From a virus: 64,000 nt of DNA. Position 1 is the first letter of the stretch. Each line of letters opens with the position of its first letter. Under the pieces are notes generated by a model. That model was not told where the DNA came from. It made no database searches and was given only the letters and a program-made list of their open reading frames with translations. The position numbers and the translations under genes are program-made. The stretch spans positions 39,459 to 103,458 of IMG/VR virus record IMGVR_UViG_3300032286_000926; one strand, given 5' to 3'. Shown here one piece after another: positions 38,550 to 48,198 of the stretch.

Positions 38550-41500
38550 ATGGCAATTTCGTACATAGGCGCCGGTGCTTTTGCTTCAGGCACATTAACA
38601 GGATCAACCGCAGCTACGTTACCTGCCGGTACTACTGCTGGTGACCTGTTACTTCTTGTTACAAGTGGTGCTGCAACACCAACGACACCTACAGGATATA
38701 CATTAGTAAGTGCTCAAGGTGCTGGACAATTCATTTCTATTTACCAAAAAATAGCAGTACCAGGTGAAACAGCTCCATCTATTACAATATCAGGTAGTTC
38801 ATCTAGAGCTGTCATATTGTTGTATAGAGGAACAGGTGGTACATATGATGTCGTAAGTGCTTATACAACCTCTTCATTAATTTCATCAACAACCGCTTCA
38901 CAAACAACAAAATTTAATAACGACCATGTGTTAAGTATTTACGCTATTGCACAAGGTACAGTACGTGCATTTAGTACGGCTCCAACAGGTACAACATTAT
39001 GTACCAGTTCTCCAAATACTGCTTCTGTTAAAGGTATGGCTTTATATGAAGAAACAAAAGCTACTGCTGGTGCCACTACTGCAAGGACGGCTTCAGTAAC
39101 ATCAGGTACCGCAACTTGGTCAGCCGTTTCGGTTTCTGTTCGTGAGCCTCAAGATTTATATTGGACTGGTACAGGTAACTGGTCAAGTACAACATTATGG
39201 AAAGTAGGTTCAACTGGTGGTGTTTCTATGGGTGCGCCACCAACTCAAAATGATAACGCAGTTTTTGCTAATGCCACAGGAACATGTACTATCAATGCTG
39301 CTTCTGTTTGTAATGATTTTACAATGACTAGTACATTTGCTGGAACAATTGCCGGTACATCAACTTTGGCAATTTACGGAAGTTATGCTGAAAATTCTTC
39401 GTTGGGTTTTGTTTGGTCATATTCAGGTACAATAACATTTGCAGCTACCACAACAGGTAAAACAATTTCATCTGTAAATGGTTATATTATGGGTCAAGGA
39501 AATAATAGTATTACTTTTAATGGCACCGGTGGAGGATGGACTTTAAGTGGTGGTGATTTTGGTAATGCTGCTACCGCCACACAGGGTGCTACAGCAACAT
39601 TTACTTTAACTGCTGGTTCACTTAACATGAATAGTTGTAGTATATACGCTGGTATTTGGGTCAATACTGGAACCGCAACTAGAAGTTTACAATCTGCCGG
39701 CGGATATATTTGGGTTAATAGTGTAAACACAACAATTGTTAATACAACTTCAACAGGATTTACAGCTGTTGATACTGTTGGATATTACGCACAACCAATA
39801 TCAAGTTCTGCTGGAACAAGAACAATAACTTTAGGTACAGGATATACAGAAAGTAATGCACCATATCTTCTTATACAAAATGCTGGTGATACCGTTACTG
39901 TAACCGCAACCAGTCTTACAAAATATTATTTGTGGAATACTCCAGCATATGGTGTAAGCACTTTAACAAATACAGCGTTAACAATTTATGGTGCCGCCGG
40001 TGGTGGAATTGCTTTTCAAAATGATGGTACATCTATAGGTTCTGGAGATTATTTTAATTTTACTGCTGGAACCAATGCATGGACTTTTGCTGGTACACAA
40101 GGATTGTACAGCATACTTACTAATGCTCAAACTTTAGATTTTCCAATTATATTTAACGGTGTTGGTGGAACATGGCAGCTTCAAGATGCTTTAACCGTAG
40201 GTACATCTAGAACAGTTACATTAACCAACGGCACAATAAATTTAAACAACCTTAGTTTAACTTGTGGTCTTTTTAGTTCTGCCGTAACAAACACAAGAGC
40301 TATTGCATTTGGTACTTCTGGATTAATTTCAACCGTTAGTTCAGGAACAGTATTCAACCTTACAGGTACAGGTTTTACATATACTGGTACATCCAAAATT
40401 AATATTAGCAATAACTCGGCTACGGCTACCACAGTTACTTTAAATACCGGTTTTACTGAATCAAATGCACTTAATGTCAACTTCACTACAGGTTCTTATA
40501 CATTAACAGAAACAGCTACAACACCAACATACAATACTATTGATTTTACTGGATTTAGTGGAACATTACCAAACGTTGCTAGGGTATTGTATGGTGGTAT
40601 AACAACATCAACCGGTATGACATTAACGGCTGGTACTAATGCTACCTCAATAAGAGGAACTTCTGGTATTGATGTAATTAAATCTAATGCCAAAACATTT
40701 GATTTTCCTCTTATTCTTGATGGTGTTGGTGGAACATTTCAATTATTTGATGATTTAACGGTTGGTGCCACTCGTTCTGTTACACTTACATCTGGTACAT
40801 TAGATTTAAATAATAAGGCATTGAGTTCTGGAACTTTTGTTTCAAGTACCACAAATATTAGAACTATTGCTTTTGGAACATCCGGCAGTTTTGGATGTAG
40901 TTCAGGTAATCCAGGTGGAACAATTTTAGACCTTACAACTTCCACAAATTTAACAATAACAGGAACTTCCTCTTTTAGTGCTTATTCTGCTGCCACAACT
41001 ACAACATATCAATTTGGAACTTCTGGATTAAACGCATCAATAATTCTTGCTGGAACTTCAAATATCAATGGAACTGTGGGTAATTTAGAATTTCAAAGAT
41101 TGTCTGGTTCTCCAACAATAGGCAATAATAATTTAACAATTCTTGGAAATTTTACTGGTACAACTTTAACAACATATACTGCTGGTACTAATACTTGGAC
41201 TTTTGCAGCCACATCAGGCACAAAAACAATTGATAGTAAAAATATAACTTTAGATTTTCCTATTACTTTTAATGGCGTTGGTGGTACTTGGCAATTAGTA
41301 GGAAATTTAACTGTTGGTGATACTCGTACTGTAACGCTAACCAATGGTGCATTAAACCTTAATAATAATAATTTTTATTGTGGAATATTTTCTTCCAATA
41401 ATTCAAATACTCGGTCAATTGCTTTTGGTACGGGACAATTTTATTTAACAGGAAATAGCACTACTGTATTAGCTATGGGTACTGTTACGGGATATTCATA

Positions 41501-43568
41501 TACCGGTACTCCTACTTTTAATGCTAACTATAATGGTGGAACAGGCACAAGAATTATTAGCTTTGGTGGTTCTGGTGGCAGCGAAACAAACGCTCCAAAT
41601 ATTAATGTTACCGCAGGAACAGACGGTGTAAGTCTAGCTACAGGCGCAAACTATAACAATATAAATTTTACTGGGTATGCTGGAGCATTAGGTAATTTTG
41701 CAGTTACTATTTTTGGAGATTTAACTATATCAACTGGTATGTCATTAACTGCTGGCTCCGCTACATGGACTTTTGGTGGTACAAGTGGAACAAGTTTAAT
41801 AACTTCCAATGCAAAAACATTTGATTTTCCAGTTACATTCAACGGTGTTGGTGGTACTTGGCAATTAGTAGGAAATTTAACTGTTGGTGATACTCGTACT
41901 GTAACGCTAACCAATGGTGCATTAAACCTTAATAATAATAATTTTTATTGTGGTTTCTTTTCTTCAAGCAACTCAAATACTCGGTCAATTGCTTGGGGTA
42001 CTGGACAATTTTATATAACTGGAAGTAACGGTGGTGCATGGAGAACAGATAATGGTATTGGTTTAACTTTTACAGGAACACCAACAGTAAACCTTACATA
42101 TTCTGGTGCAACGGGTACACGTAGCGTTATTAATGCTAGCGGATCTGGAACTTATAATACCGCAATCAATTTAAATGTAACAGCTGGTACAGATATTATT
42201 ACTGCTGCTGGTAATCCAGGAATGTATAATAATGTAAACTTTACTGGTTTTAGTAACAACTCTACTTGGTTTGGAAATATATTAGGTAATTTAACTTTAT
42301 CTAATACAATGACACAAGTAACAACAAGTTCTTTAAATTTATTTGATTATACTGGTACTCAAAATGTTACAACCAACGGTATTACAGTAGATTCTCCAGT
42401 TACCATTGGCCAAAGAAATACTGTAAGTGGTGCTTCTGGTGATGGAACAACTGCAACAGTAACTTTCGCTAGTTCAATAAATTTTGTTTATCCTGTTGGT
42501 TCAACTGTTGAAATTGTTGGTATAACTCCTGTTGAATATAATGGAACATATACAGTAACCGCATCTACATTAACTTCTGTATCATTTTTAAATTCAACCA
42601 CTACCGCATATACATCAGGTGGAAGTGTTTATTCGGGTTCAACTGTTAATTTGTTGGATGCTTTAACTGTTGGTTCGACAAAAACACTTACATTTAACAG
42701 AGGCACTTTTAATTTAAACAATAACAATGTAACAACTGGACTTTTTAGTAGCAATAACCCCGGCACTCGCACTTTTGCTTTTGGAACCGGCCAATTTTAT
42801 CTTACCGGCACCAATGCAACCATTTGGAATACTAACAATATAACAAATGCTACTATTACCGGTACTCCTATAATTAATGCAACTGGTGCTGGTACGGCAG
42901 GACAAACTAGAGTATTTGCAAACGGTGCAGCTGGAGGTGGTAGTGAAGCCACTTCTTTCGCACTCAATGTTACAGCAGGTTCAGATGCACTAAACATTGG
43001 TAATCCATTTTATTCTAGAGGATATAATTTTACTGGATTTAGTGGAACATTAGGTACAGCTGCAGCTAGTTATTACGTGTTTGGAGACCTTGTTTTTTCT
43101 CCAACTATGTCGTTCTTTGGTGGCAACAATTGGTACATTTGGTCAACTACAACAAATGCCGTTATTAATGTAACAACAAATGGAGTAACATTAACAGATA
43201 ATATTCGTTGTGGTGGAACATCTCCTGTTACCAATACACTTACAGTTAATTTTGTGGACGCTTTAAATTGTACTGTGAATCTTTGGTTTAACAGCGGCAC
43301 AGTTAAATTCTTAGCCGGATCTACAAACACAGTTGGTGGTGTTGTTACAAACGGAACAACACTTAAATACCTAAGAAGTAGCACACCAGGTACCCGTGCT
43401 TTTCTTAGTGATGCTAGTGGTACAAATTATGTGTCTTATTTGGATGTGCAAGATTCATATGCTACCGGTGGTGGTGTATTTGATGCTATTAACCCATCTA
43501 ATGTGGATAGCGGTAACAACCTAGGATGGGGATTCTCTTCCGAACAACCTTTCTTATTTTTCTACTAA
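38550..43568 (+). CDS. Large Thr/Gly/Asn-rich repeat (beta-solenoid-like) adhesin/virion protein
   Basis: ~185-190-aa repeats (WTF...T.DFP..FNGVGGTWQL...LTVG..RTVTLTNG.LNLNN); ends DSGNNLGW.F. Confidence 0.7.
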   Translation: MAISYIGAGAFASGTLTGSTAATLPAGTTAGDLLLLVTSGAATPTTPTGYTLVSAQGAGQFISIYQKIAVPGETAPSITISGSSSRAVILLYRGTGGTYDVVSAYTTSSLISSTTASQTTKFNNDHVLSIYAIAQGTVRAFSTAPTGTTLCTSSPNTASVKGMALYEETKATAGATTARTASVTSGTATWSAVSVSVREPQDLYWTGTGNWSSTTLWKVGSTGGVSMGAPPTQNDNAVFANATGTCTINAASVCNDFTMTSTFAGTIAGTSTLAIYGSYAENSSLGFVWSYSGTITFAATTTGKTISSVNGYIMGQGNNSITFNGTGGGWTLSGGDFGNAATATQGATATFTLTAGSLNMNSCSIYAGIWVNTGTATRSLQSAGGYIWVNSVNTTIVNTTSTGFTAVDTVGYYAQPISSSAGTRTITLGTGYTESNAPYLLIQNAGDTVTVTATSLTKYYLWNTPAYGVSTLTNTALTIYGAAGGGIAFQNDGTSIGSGDYFNFTAGTNAWTFAGTQGLYSILTNAQTLDFPIIFNGVGGTWQLQDALTVGTSRTVTLTNGTINLNNLSLTCGLFSSAVTNTRAIAFGTSGLISTVSSGTVFNLTGTGFTYTGTSKINISNNSATATTVTLNTGFTESNALNVNFTTGSYTLTETATTPTYNTIDFTGFSGTLPNVARVLYGGITTSTGMTLTAGTNATSIRGTSGIDVIKSNAKTFDFPLILDGVGGTFQLFDDLTVGATRSVTLTSGTLDLNNKALSSGTFVSSTTNIRTIAFGTSGSFGCSSGNPGGTILDLTTSTNLTITGTSSFSAYSAATTTTYQFGTSGLNASIILAGTSNINGTVGNLEFQRLSGSPTIGNNNLTILGNFTGTTLTTYTAGTNTWTFAATSGTKTIDSKNITLDFPITFNGVGGTWQLVGNLTVGDTRTVTLTNGALNLNNNNFYCGIFSSNNSNTRSIAFGTGQFYLTGNSTTVLAMGTVTGYSYTGTPTFNANYNGGTGTRIISFGGSGGSETNAPNINVTAGTDGVSLATGANYNNINFTGYAGALGNFAVTIFGDLTISTGMSLTAGSATWTFGGTSGTSLITSNAKTFDFPVTFNGVGGTWQLVGNLTVGDTRTVTLTNGALNLNNNNFYCGFFSSSNSNTRSIAWGTGQFYITGSNGGAWRTDNGIGLTFTGTPTVNLTYSGATGTRSVINASGSGTYNTAINLNVTAGTDIITAAGNPGMYNNVNFTGFSNNSTWFGNILGNLTLSNTMTQVTTSSLNLFDYTGTQNVTTNGITVDSPVTIGQRNTVSGASGDGTTATVTFASSINFVYPVGSTVEIVGITPVEYNGTYTVTASTLTSVSFLNSTTTAYTSGGSVYSGSTVNLLDALTVGSTKTLTFNRGTFNLNNNNVTTGLFSSNNPGTRTFAFGTGQFYLTGTNATIWNTNNITNATITGTPIINATGAGTAGQTRVFANGAAGGGSEATSFALNVTAGSDALNIGNPFYSRGYNFTGFSGTLGTAAASYYVFGDLVFSPTMSFFGGNNWYIWSTTTNAVINVTTNGVTLTDNIRCGGTSPVTNTLTVNFVDALNCTVNLWFNSGTVKFLAGSTNTVGGVVTNGTTLKYLRSSTPGTRAFLSDASGTNYVSYLDVQDSYATGGGVFDAINPSNVDSGNNLGWGFSSEQPFLFFY
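41277..41953 (+). repeat. 107-bp exact direct repeat (41277-41383 and 41847-41953)
   Basis: Identical sequence 570 bp (190 codons) apart. Confidence 0.85.
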
Positions 43569-43614
43569 AATAATTTGCATATATAATAGTATATAATTCT
43601 TTTTTGAGGTGAGT

Positions 43615-45546
43615 ATGAAATATAGTATTGTTATTCCAACATATAATCATTGTGATGATTTATTAAAACCATGTATTGAGTCCATTATTGAACATACCGA
43701 TTTGGCTGATATTGAATTAATCATATCGGCAAACGGATGTAAAGATGGCACATCACAATACCTTGATGAACTAAGGTACAAATTCAATGGATTAAATCTT
43801 GCCAGTAACTTTAAAGTTGCTTGGTCAGACACACCATCAGGTTACCCAAAAGCCACTAACGATGGTATCAAACTTGCAACCACCGATAAAATTGTTCTAT
43901 TAAATAATGACTGTGTTTTGCAAAAACAATCAAAAAATGATTGGTTGAAATTATTAGATAAACCATTTACCGATTTTAAAAAATGCGGTATTTCTTGTGT
44001 AGTTAAAGATTACTCACCTGTAATTAAAATGGATTTTGCCATTTTCTTTTGTGTAATGGTGCATAAAAAACTTTTTGATGAACTTGGTTATCTCAATGAA
44101 GAATATGGAATGGGTTCAAGTGAGGACATTGAATTCTGTTTATTGGCTCAACAAAAAGGTTATGAAATACATCAAGTATTTGAAACACAATTAGGTAAAG
44201 ATTTTTTTGTAGGCAACTTTCCAATTTACCACAAAGGTGAAGGAACAGTACATGATAAAGAATTGGTTCATGGATGGGAAGAACATTTCCAAAATAACAA
44301 ATTAAAATTAGCCAATAAAATTAATACAGAATGGAATAAAATGAATAATGATAAAAAAGTTGGTGTAATTACCACGATATATAATGATGTTGAACACATA
44401 TTGAAAGCTATTGATAGTGTAAAATCTCAAACTTTGAAAAATGTGGTACATTACATTTATGATGATGCTTCTACTGATGGTTTAAATGAAACATTATATA
44501 AATTTAAGAATGATTCAACCGTTAATGTTTTATATGGTGCAGTTAATAAAGGCCAAAGTCATGGTCGTAATGAATTAATCAAAATGGCAATTGCCGATGG
44601 TTGTGAGTATATTGCATTTTTAGATTCTGATGATGTTTGGATTTCACCAACACATTTGCAAGATAGTATAAAACTATTATCTGATGCTGATATTGTTTAT
44701 TCCAAACCAAATTTTGTTAATGAAAATGGTGATATTGTTGATCCAATAAACACTCCAGTACCGCAAATTTTTATTGGTAAACAATTATACCATAATAATT
44801 TTATTTCAATTTCTTCGGTTGTTTGTAAAAAAGATGTTTTAATTGTTAATCAATTTGATGGTGAATTAAATAGCCTTGAAGATTGGGATTTATGGATTCG
44901 ATTGTATGAAAAAGGTTGCAAATTTAAATTTAAAGATACCGTATCAGTTCAATACCTAGTTCGAAACAGTAAACAAGCTTTATTAGGTAATACTAAAATG
45001 CCAATGTTTAACATAAAACATAAACGGTTGCCACAATTAAAATTACATTTGGCTTGCGGATATGATTACAATGATTCATATATTAATGTGGACTTGTATG
45101 CACCAGATGATGCTCGTTGTGATGTTCGTTTTGATGTTGCCAAACTTCCATATGATGATAATTCAGTAGATGAAATTAAAGCATTTCATATTATTGAACA
45201 TTTTCATTTCTTTGAAATTAAAGCAATATTAAATGAATGGTATCGTGTATTAAAACCAGGTGGCCGTTTATACTTAGAAACACCAGATTTCTTAGAAACT
45301 TGCCGTTCATTTGTTGAGGGCAGTCCAACGATGCCACTTGAAGATTGGCGTGTGTTGTTATACGGACAGTTTTTTGCTCATCCATGGATACCAGGTCAAA
45401 CACATAAGTTTTTGTTTACAGAAAATCAATTGAGAGCTAATTTAGAATGGGCAGAATTTAAAACAATTAACCGCCTACCACCAGCATCTAACTATGTGAT
45501 GAATGAAACTGTACATTTATTTTTAAATGTTGAGGCTTTTAAATGA
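43615..45546 (+). CDS. GT2-GT2-methyltransferase fusion
   Basis: SIVIPTYN...LLNND; second GT2 VITTIYN..YDDASTD...GRN...FLDSDD...EDWDLW; C-terminal LHLACG..YINVD..HIIEH..EWYRVLKPGG. The ATG at 43615 is the likely start. Confidence 0.85.
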   Translation: MKYSIVIPTYNHCDDLLKPCIESIIEHTDLADIELIISANGCKDGTSQYLDELRYKFNGLNLASNFKVAWSDTPSGYPKATNDGIKLATTDKIVLLNNDCVLQKQSKNDWLKLLDKPFTDFKKCGISCVVKDYSPVIKMDFAIFFCVMVHKKLFDELGYLNEEYGMGSSEDIEFCLLAQQKGYEIHQVFETQLGKDFFVGNFPIYHKGEGTVHDKELVHGWEEHFQNNKLKLANKINTEWNKMNNDKKVGVITTIYNDVEHILKAIDSVKSQTLKNVVHYIYDDASTDGLNETLYKFKNDSTVNVLYGAVNKGQSHGRNELIKMAIADGCEYIAFLDSDDVWISPTHLQDSIKLLSDADIVYSKPNFVNENGDIVDPINTPVPQIFIGKQLYHNNFISISSVVCKKDVLIVNQFDGELNSLEDWDLWIRLYEKGCKFKFKDTVSVQYLVRNSKQALLGNTKMPMFNIKHKRLPQLKLHLACGYDYNDSYINVDLYAPDDARCDVRFDVAKLPYDDNSVDEIKAFHIIEHFHFFEIKAILNEWYRVLKPGGRLYLETPDFLETCRSFVEGSPTMPLEDWRVLLYGQFFAHPWIPGQTHKFLFTENQLRANLEWAEFKTINRLPPASNYVMNETVHLFLNVEAFK

Positions 45547-46757
45547 AATATAGTATTGTTATTCCAACATATAATCATTGTGATGATTTATTAAAACCAT
45601 GTATTGAATCTATTTTTAAATACACTACATTACAAAATATTGAATTAATTATATCTGCCAATGGTTGTACCGACAATACTAAAGAGTATTTGAAAACATT
45701 AGAACAACAATTTATAAATCTTGGTTTAGAAAATAATTTTAAATTTGCTTGGTCTGATACACCATTAGGTTACCCAAAGGCCACTAATGCTGGTATTAAA
45801 TTGGCAACTACCAATAAGATTGTTTTATTAAATAATGATATTGTTCTATTAGACCAAAAACCAAATCAATGGTTAGATATGTTGGAGTTTTCATTCAATG
45901 ATAATGCCAAGTGTGGTATTTCATGTCCAGTAATTACTTATTTGCCAGAAATTAGAAGAAATTTTGCCATCTTTTTCTGTGTGATGATTGATAGAAAAGT
46001 GTTTGATGCCATTGGATTACTCAACGAAGAATATGGCACCGGTACAGGTGAAGATGTTGAATTTTCTATTGAAGCTGAAAGAGCTGGTTTTGAGATAGTT
46101 GAATGTACCGCAAGTCATACTGCAAAACCTGGACAGCATGGTGGATTATTTCCAATATATCACATTGGCCAAAGAACTTTATATGATGAAAAATTGGTAA
46201 AAAATAGTTCAGAAACAATTAAAGAAAACCATAAAAAAATAGTAGAAAAATATGGTAGTTTGGTTGATGATAGTGAAATTAAATTAAATTTAGGTTGTGG
46301 TTCAAAACTTATGCCAGGATTTGTTAATGTAGACCTTTATAATCCTGATGCTGAATTAAAAATGGATGTTAGAAAACTTAATTTAAAAGATAATACGGCA
46401 CAAGAAGTACATGCATATCATGTATTGGAACATTTTAGTCCTTTTGAAGTTAATGATGTTTTGACCGAATGGTGTAGAGTATTAAAACCTGGCGGCAAAT
46501 TGGTTATGGAGGTGCCTGACATTCTAGAAATGTGTAAACGATTTGAAGAATCGGATAAAAATGAAAGGTACAAATTGTTAAATTGTATCTATGGAACTAC
46601 AATGCCTAAAGGTGTTCCTGGTCATTTGTTTGGATGGTATGATGAAATTTTATCAGACCATTTATATTTAAATGGTTTTGTTAATGTGAATATATATTCT
46701 ATTGAAAGTAACCATTGGGGTTATAATTTACGAGCAGAGGCTATGAAACCGTTATGA
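45543..46757 (+). CDS. GT2-methyltransferase fusion
   Basis: SIVIPTYN, LLNND, GEDVEF; LNLGCG..FVNVD..HVLEH..EWCRVLKPGG. Confidence 0.85.
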   Translation: MKYSIVIPTYNHCDDLLKPCIESIFKYTTLQNIELIISANGCTDNTKEYLKTLEQQFINLGLENNFKFAWSDTPLGYPKATNAGIKLATTNKIVLLNNDIVLLDQKPNQWLDMLEFSFNDNAKCGISCPVITYLPEIRRNFAIFFCVMIDRKVFDAIGLLNEEYGTGTGEDVEFSIEAERAGFEIVECTASHTAKPGQHGGLFPIYHIGQRTLYDEKLVKNSSETIKENHKKIVEKYGSLVDDSEIKLNLGCGSKLMPGFVNVDLYNPDAELKMDVRKLNLKDNTAQEVHAYHVLEHFSPFEVNDVLTEWCRVLKPGGKLVMEVPDILEMCKRFEESDKNERYKLLNCIYGTTMPKGVPGHLFGWYDEILSDHLYLNGFVNVNIYSIESNHWGYNLRAEAMKPL

Positions 46758-47728
46758 GTATATTGTGTTCCATTTCAACTAAAGGTAGATACGACACATA
46801 CTTACCTTTAGCAATTAGTGCAGTAATAAATCAAACTAGACAAGTTGATAAGTTGGTTATTTTTGATGATAATGATGAACCTATTGATTTAAGAGATAAA
46901 CCAATATATAAATTTTTATTTGGAATGTTGGACTCAAAAGGCATATCTTGGGAAGTTTTATATGGTCAAAAAAAAGGACAACATTATAATCACCAAATGG
47001 CCAACCAAATGGGATATGATTGGGTATGGAGAGTTGATGATGATAATATTCCAGAATCAGGTGTATTAGAACAGTTAGCCGCATACATTCAACCAGGCCT
47101 TGGTGCCATTGGTGGACCTGTTTTATTTTCAGATAGAATTATAGATGTTTCTAACTCTACAGGTAAAATAGAAGATATTGATAATGAACCAAATCTTCAA
47201 TGGGGTCATTTTGATTCTTTTAAAACAGTTGACCATTTACATTGTTCATTTTTGTATCGAGCTGGAATAGTAGATTATAATTTAGGTTTATCTAAAGTGG
47301 CTCACCGTGAAGAAACTTTGTTTACTTACCAAATGAAGCAGAAAGGATATAAAATATTTTTAATACCTAATGTAATTACTTGGCATGGTAAAAGTTTGAC
47401 TGGTGGTATTCGTTCAGATGATAATGCTGAATTGTATATGCGTGATGAGTTTATTTTTAGAAACCATCTTAAATATAAAGACAAAACGATTGTGGTTTTA
47501 GATTCAGGTATGGGTGACCATATTGTATTTAAACATGTTTTACCGCATATTAAAAATGCTGAAGTTTTTAGTTGTTATCCAGACATTATTCCAGGTCGCA
47601 GTATTGCTGAAGCTCACTATCTTTTTGGTGACCTTGACACATATAATGTATATGGATATATGAGTAAAAAAAAATGGACAGGTTCATTAGAAAGTGCTTA
47701 TCGTAAAATGTATGGAGTAGATAAATGA
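46754..47728 (+). CDS. GT2-like glycosyltransferase with C-terminal GT9-like N-half (GMGD motif)
   Basis: AVINQT..VIFDD..WRVDDD..REET; then SGMGDHIVF. Confidence 0.75.
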   Translation: MSILCSISTKGRYDTYLPLAISAVINQTRQVDKLVIFDDNDEPIDLRDKPIYKFLFGMLDSKGISWEVLYGQKKGQHYNHQMANQMGYDWVWRVDDDNIPESGVLEQLAAYIQPGLGAIGGPVLFSDRIIDVSNSTGKIEDIDNEPNLQWGHFDSFKTVDHLHCSFLYRAGIVDYNLGLSKVAHREETLFTYQMKQKGYKIFLIPNVITWHGKSLTGGIRSDDNAELYMRDEFIFRNHLKYKDKTIVVLDSGMGDHIVFKHVLPHIKNAEVFSCYPDIIPGRSIAEAHYLFGDLDTYNVYGYMSKKKWTGSLESAYRKMYGVDK

Positions 47729-48159
47729 TTATTATATCACCGTTTTCTAAAAAATTAAGAACAGAAGAACCAAGAGAAAACCCTAAAAACTATCCACATT
47801 GGAAAGAATTAATACCACTCATTAATGAACCAATTATTCAAGTGGGTATTGAAGGTGAAGAACAATTGGTGCCTGATTTTAGAAAGAATTTATCTTTAGA
47901 TGAACTATCAGCACTAATTAAAGAATGTCGTACATGGATTGGGGTAGATAGTTTCTTTCAACACCTCTGTTGGGACCTAAATAAACCAGGTATTGTACTA
48001 TGGGGTCAATCGGATCCTAACATTTACGGCCATCCAGAAAACACTAACCTTCTAAAAGGCAGAGAATATCTAATGGAAAACCAGTTTTTGATGTGGGAGA
48101 TGGTATCTTACAGAAAAGATTGTTTCGTTAGCCCTCAAGAGGTAATCCAGTTCTTATAA
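47725..48159 (+). CDS. GT9 (heptosyltransferase-like) C-terminal domain protein
   Basis: KNYPHW.ELI...IIQVG...LSL.EL..LI....WIGVDSFFQH......PGIVLWG. Confidence 0.75.
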   Translation: MIIISPFSKKLRTEEPRENPKNYPHWKELIPLINEPIIQVGIEGEEQLVPDFRKNLSLDELSALIKECRTWIGVDSFFQHLCWDLNKPGIVLWGQSDPNIYGHPENTNLLKGREYLMENQFLMWEMVSYRKDCFVSPQEVIQFL

Positions 48160-48162
48160 ATA
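48155..48162 (+). promoter_or_regulatory. T4-type late promoter TATAAATA
   Basis: Exact consensus upstream of gp13. Confidence 0.8.
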
Positions 48163-48198
48163 GAGTAATATTTCTCTAATCTTCTTTACGGGCAAGAA

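Noticed and set aside
43615-48159. DNA glucosylation or hypermodification role for the GTs
   Set aside because: Not favoured: they do not resemble T4 alpha/beta-glucosyltransferases by eye and lie in the late virion module rather than among nucleotide-metabolism genes. Not formally excluded.
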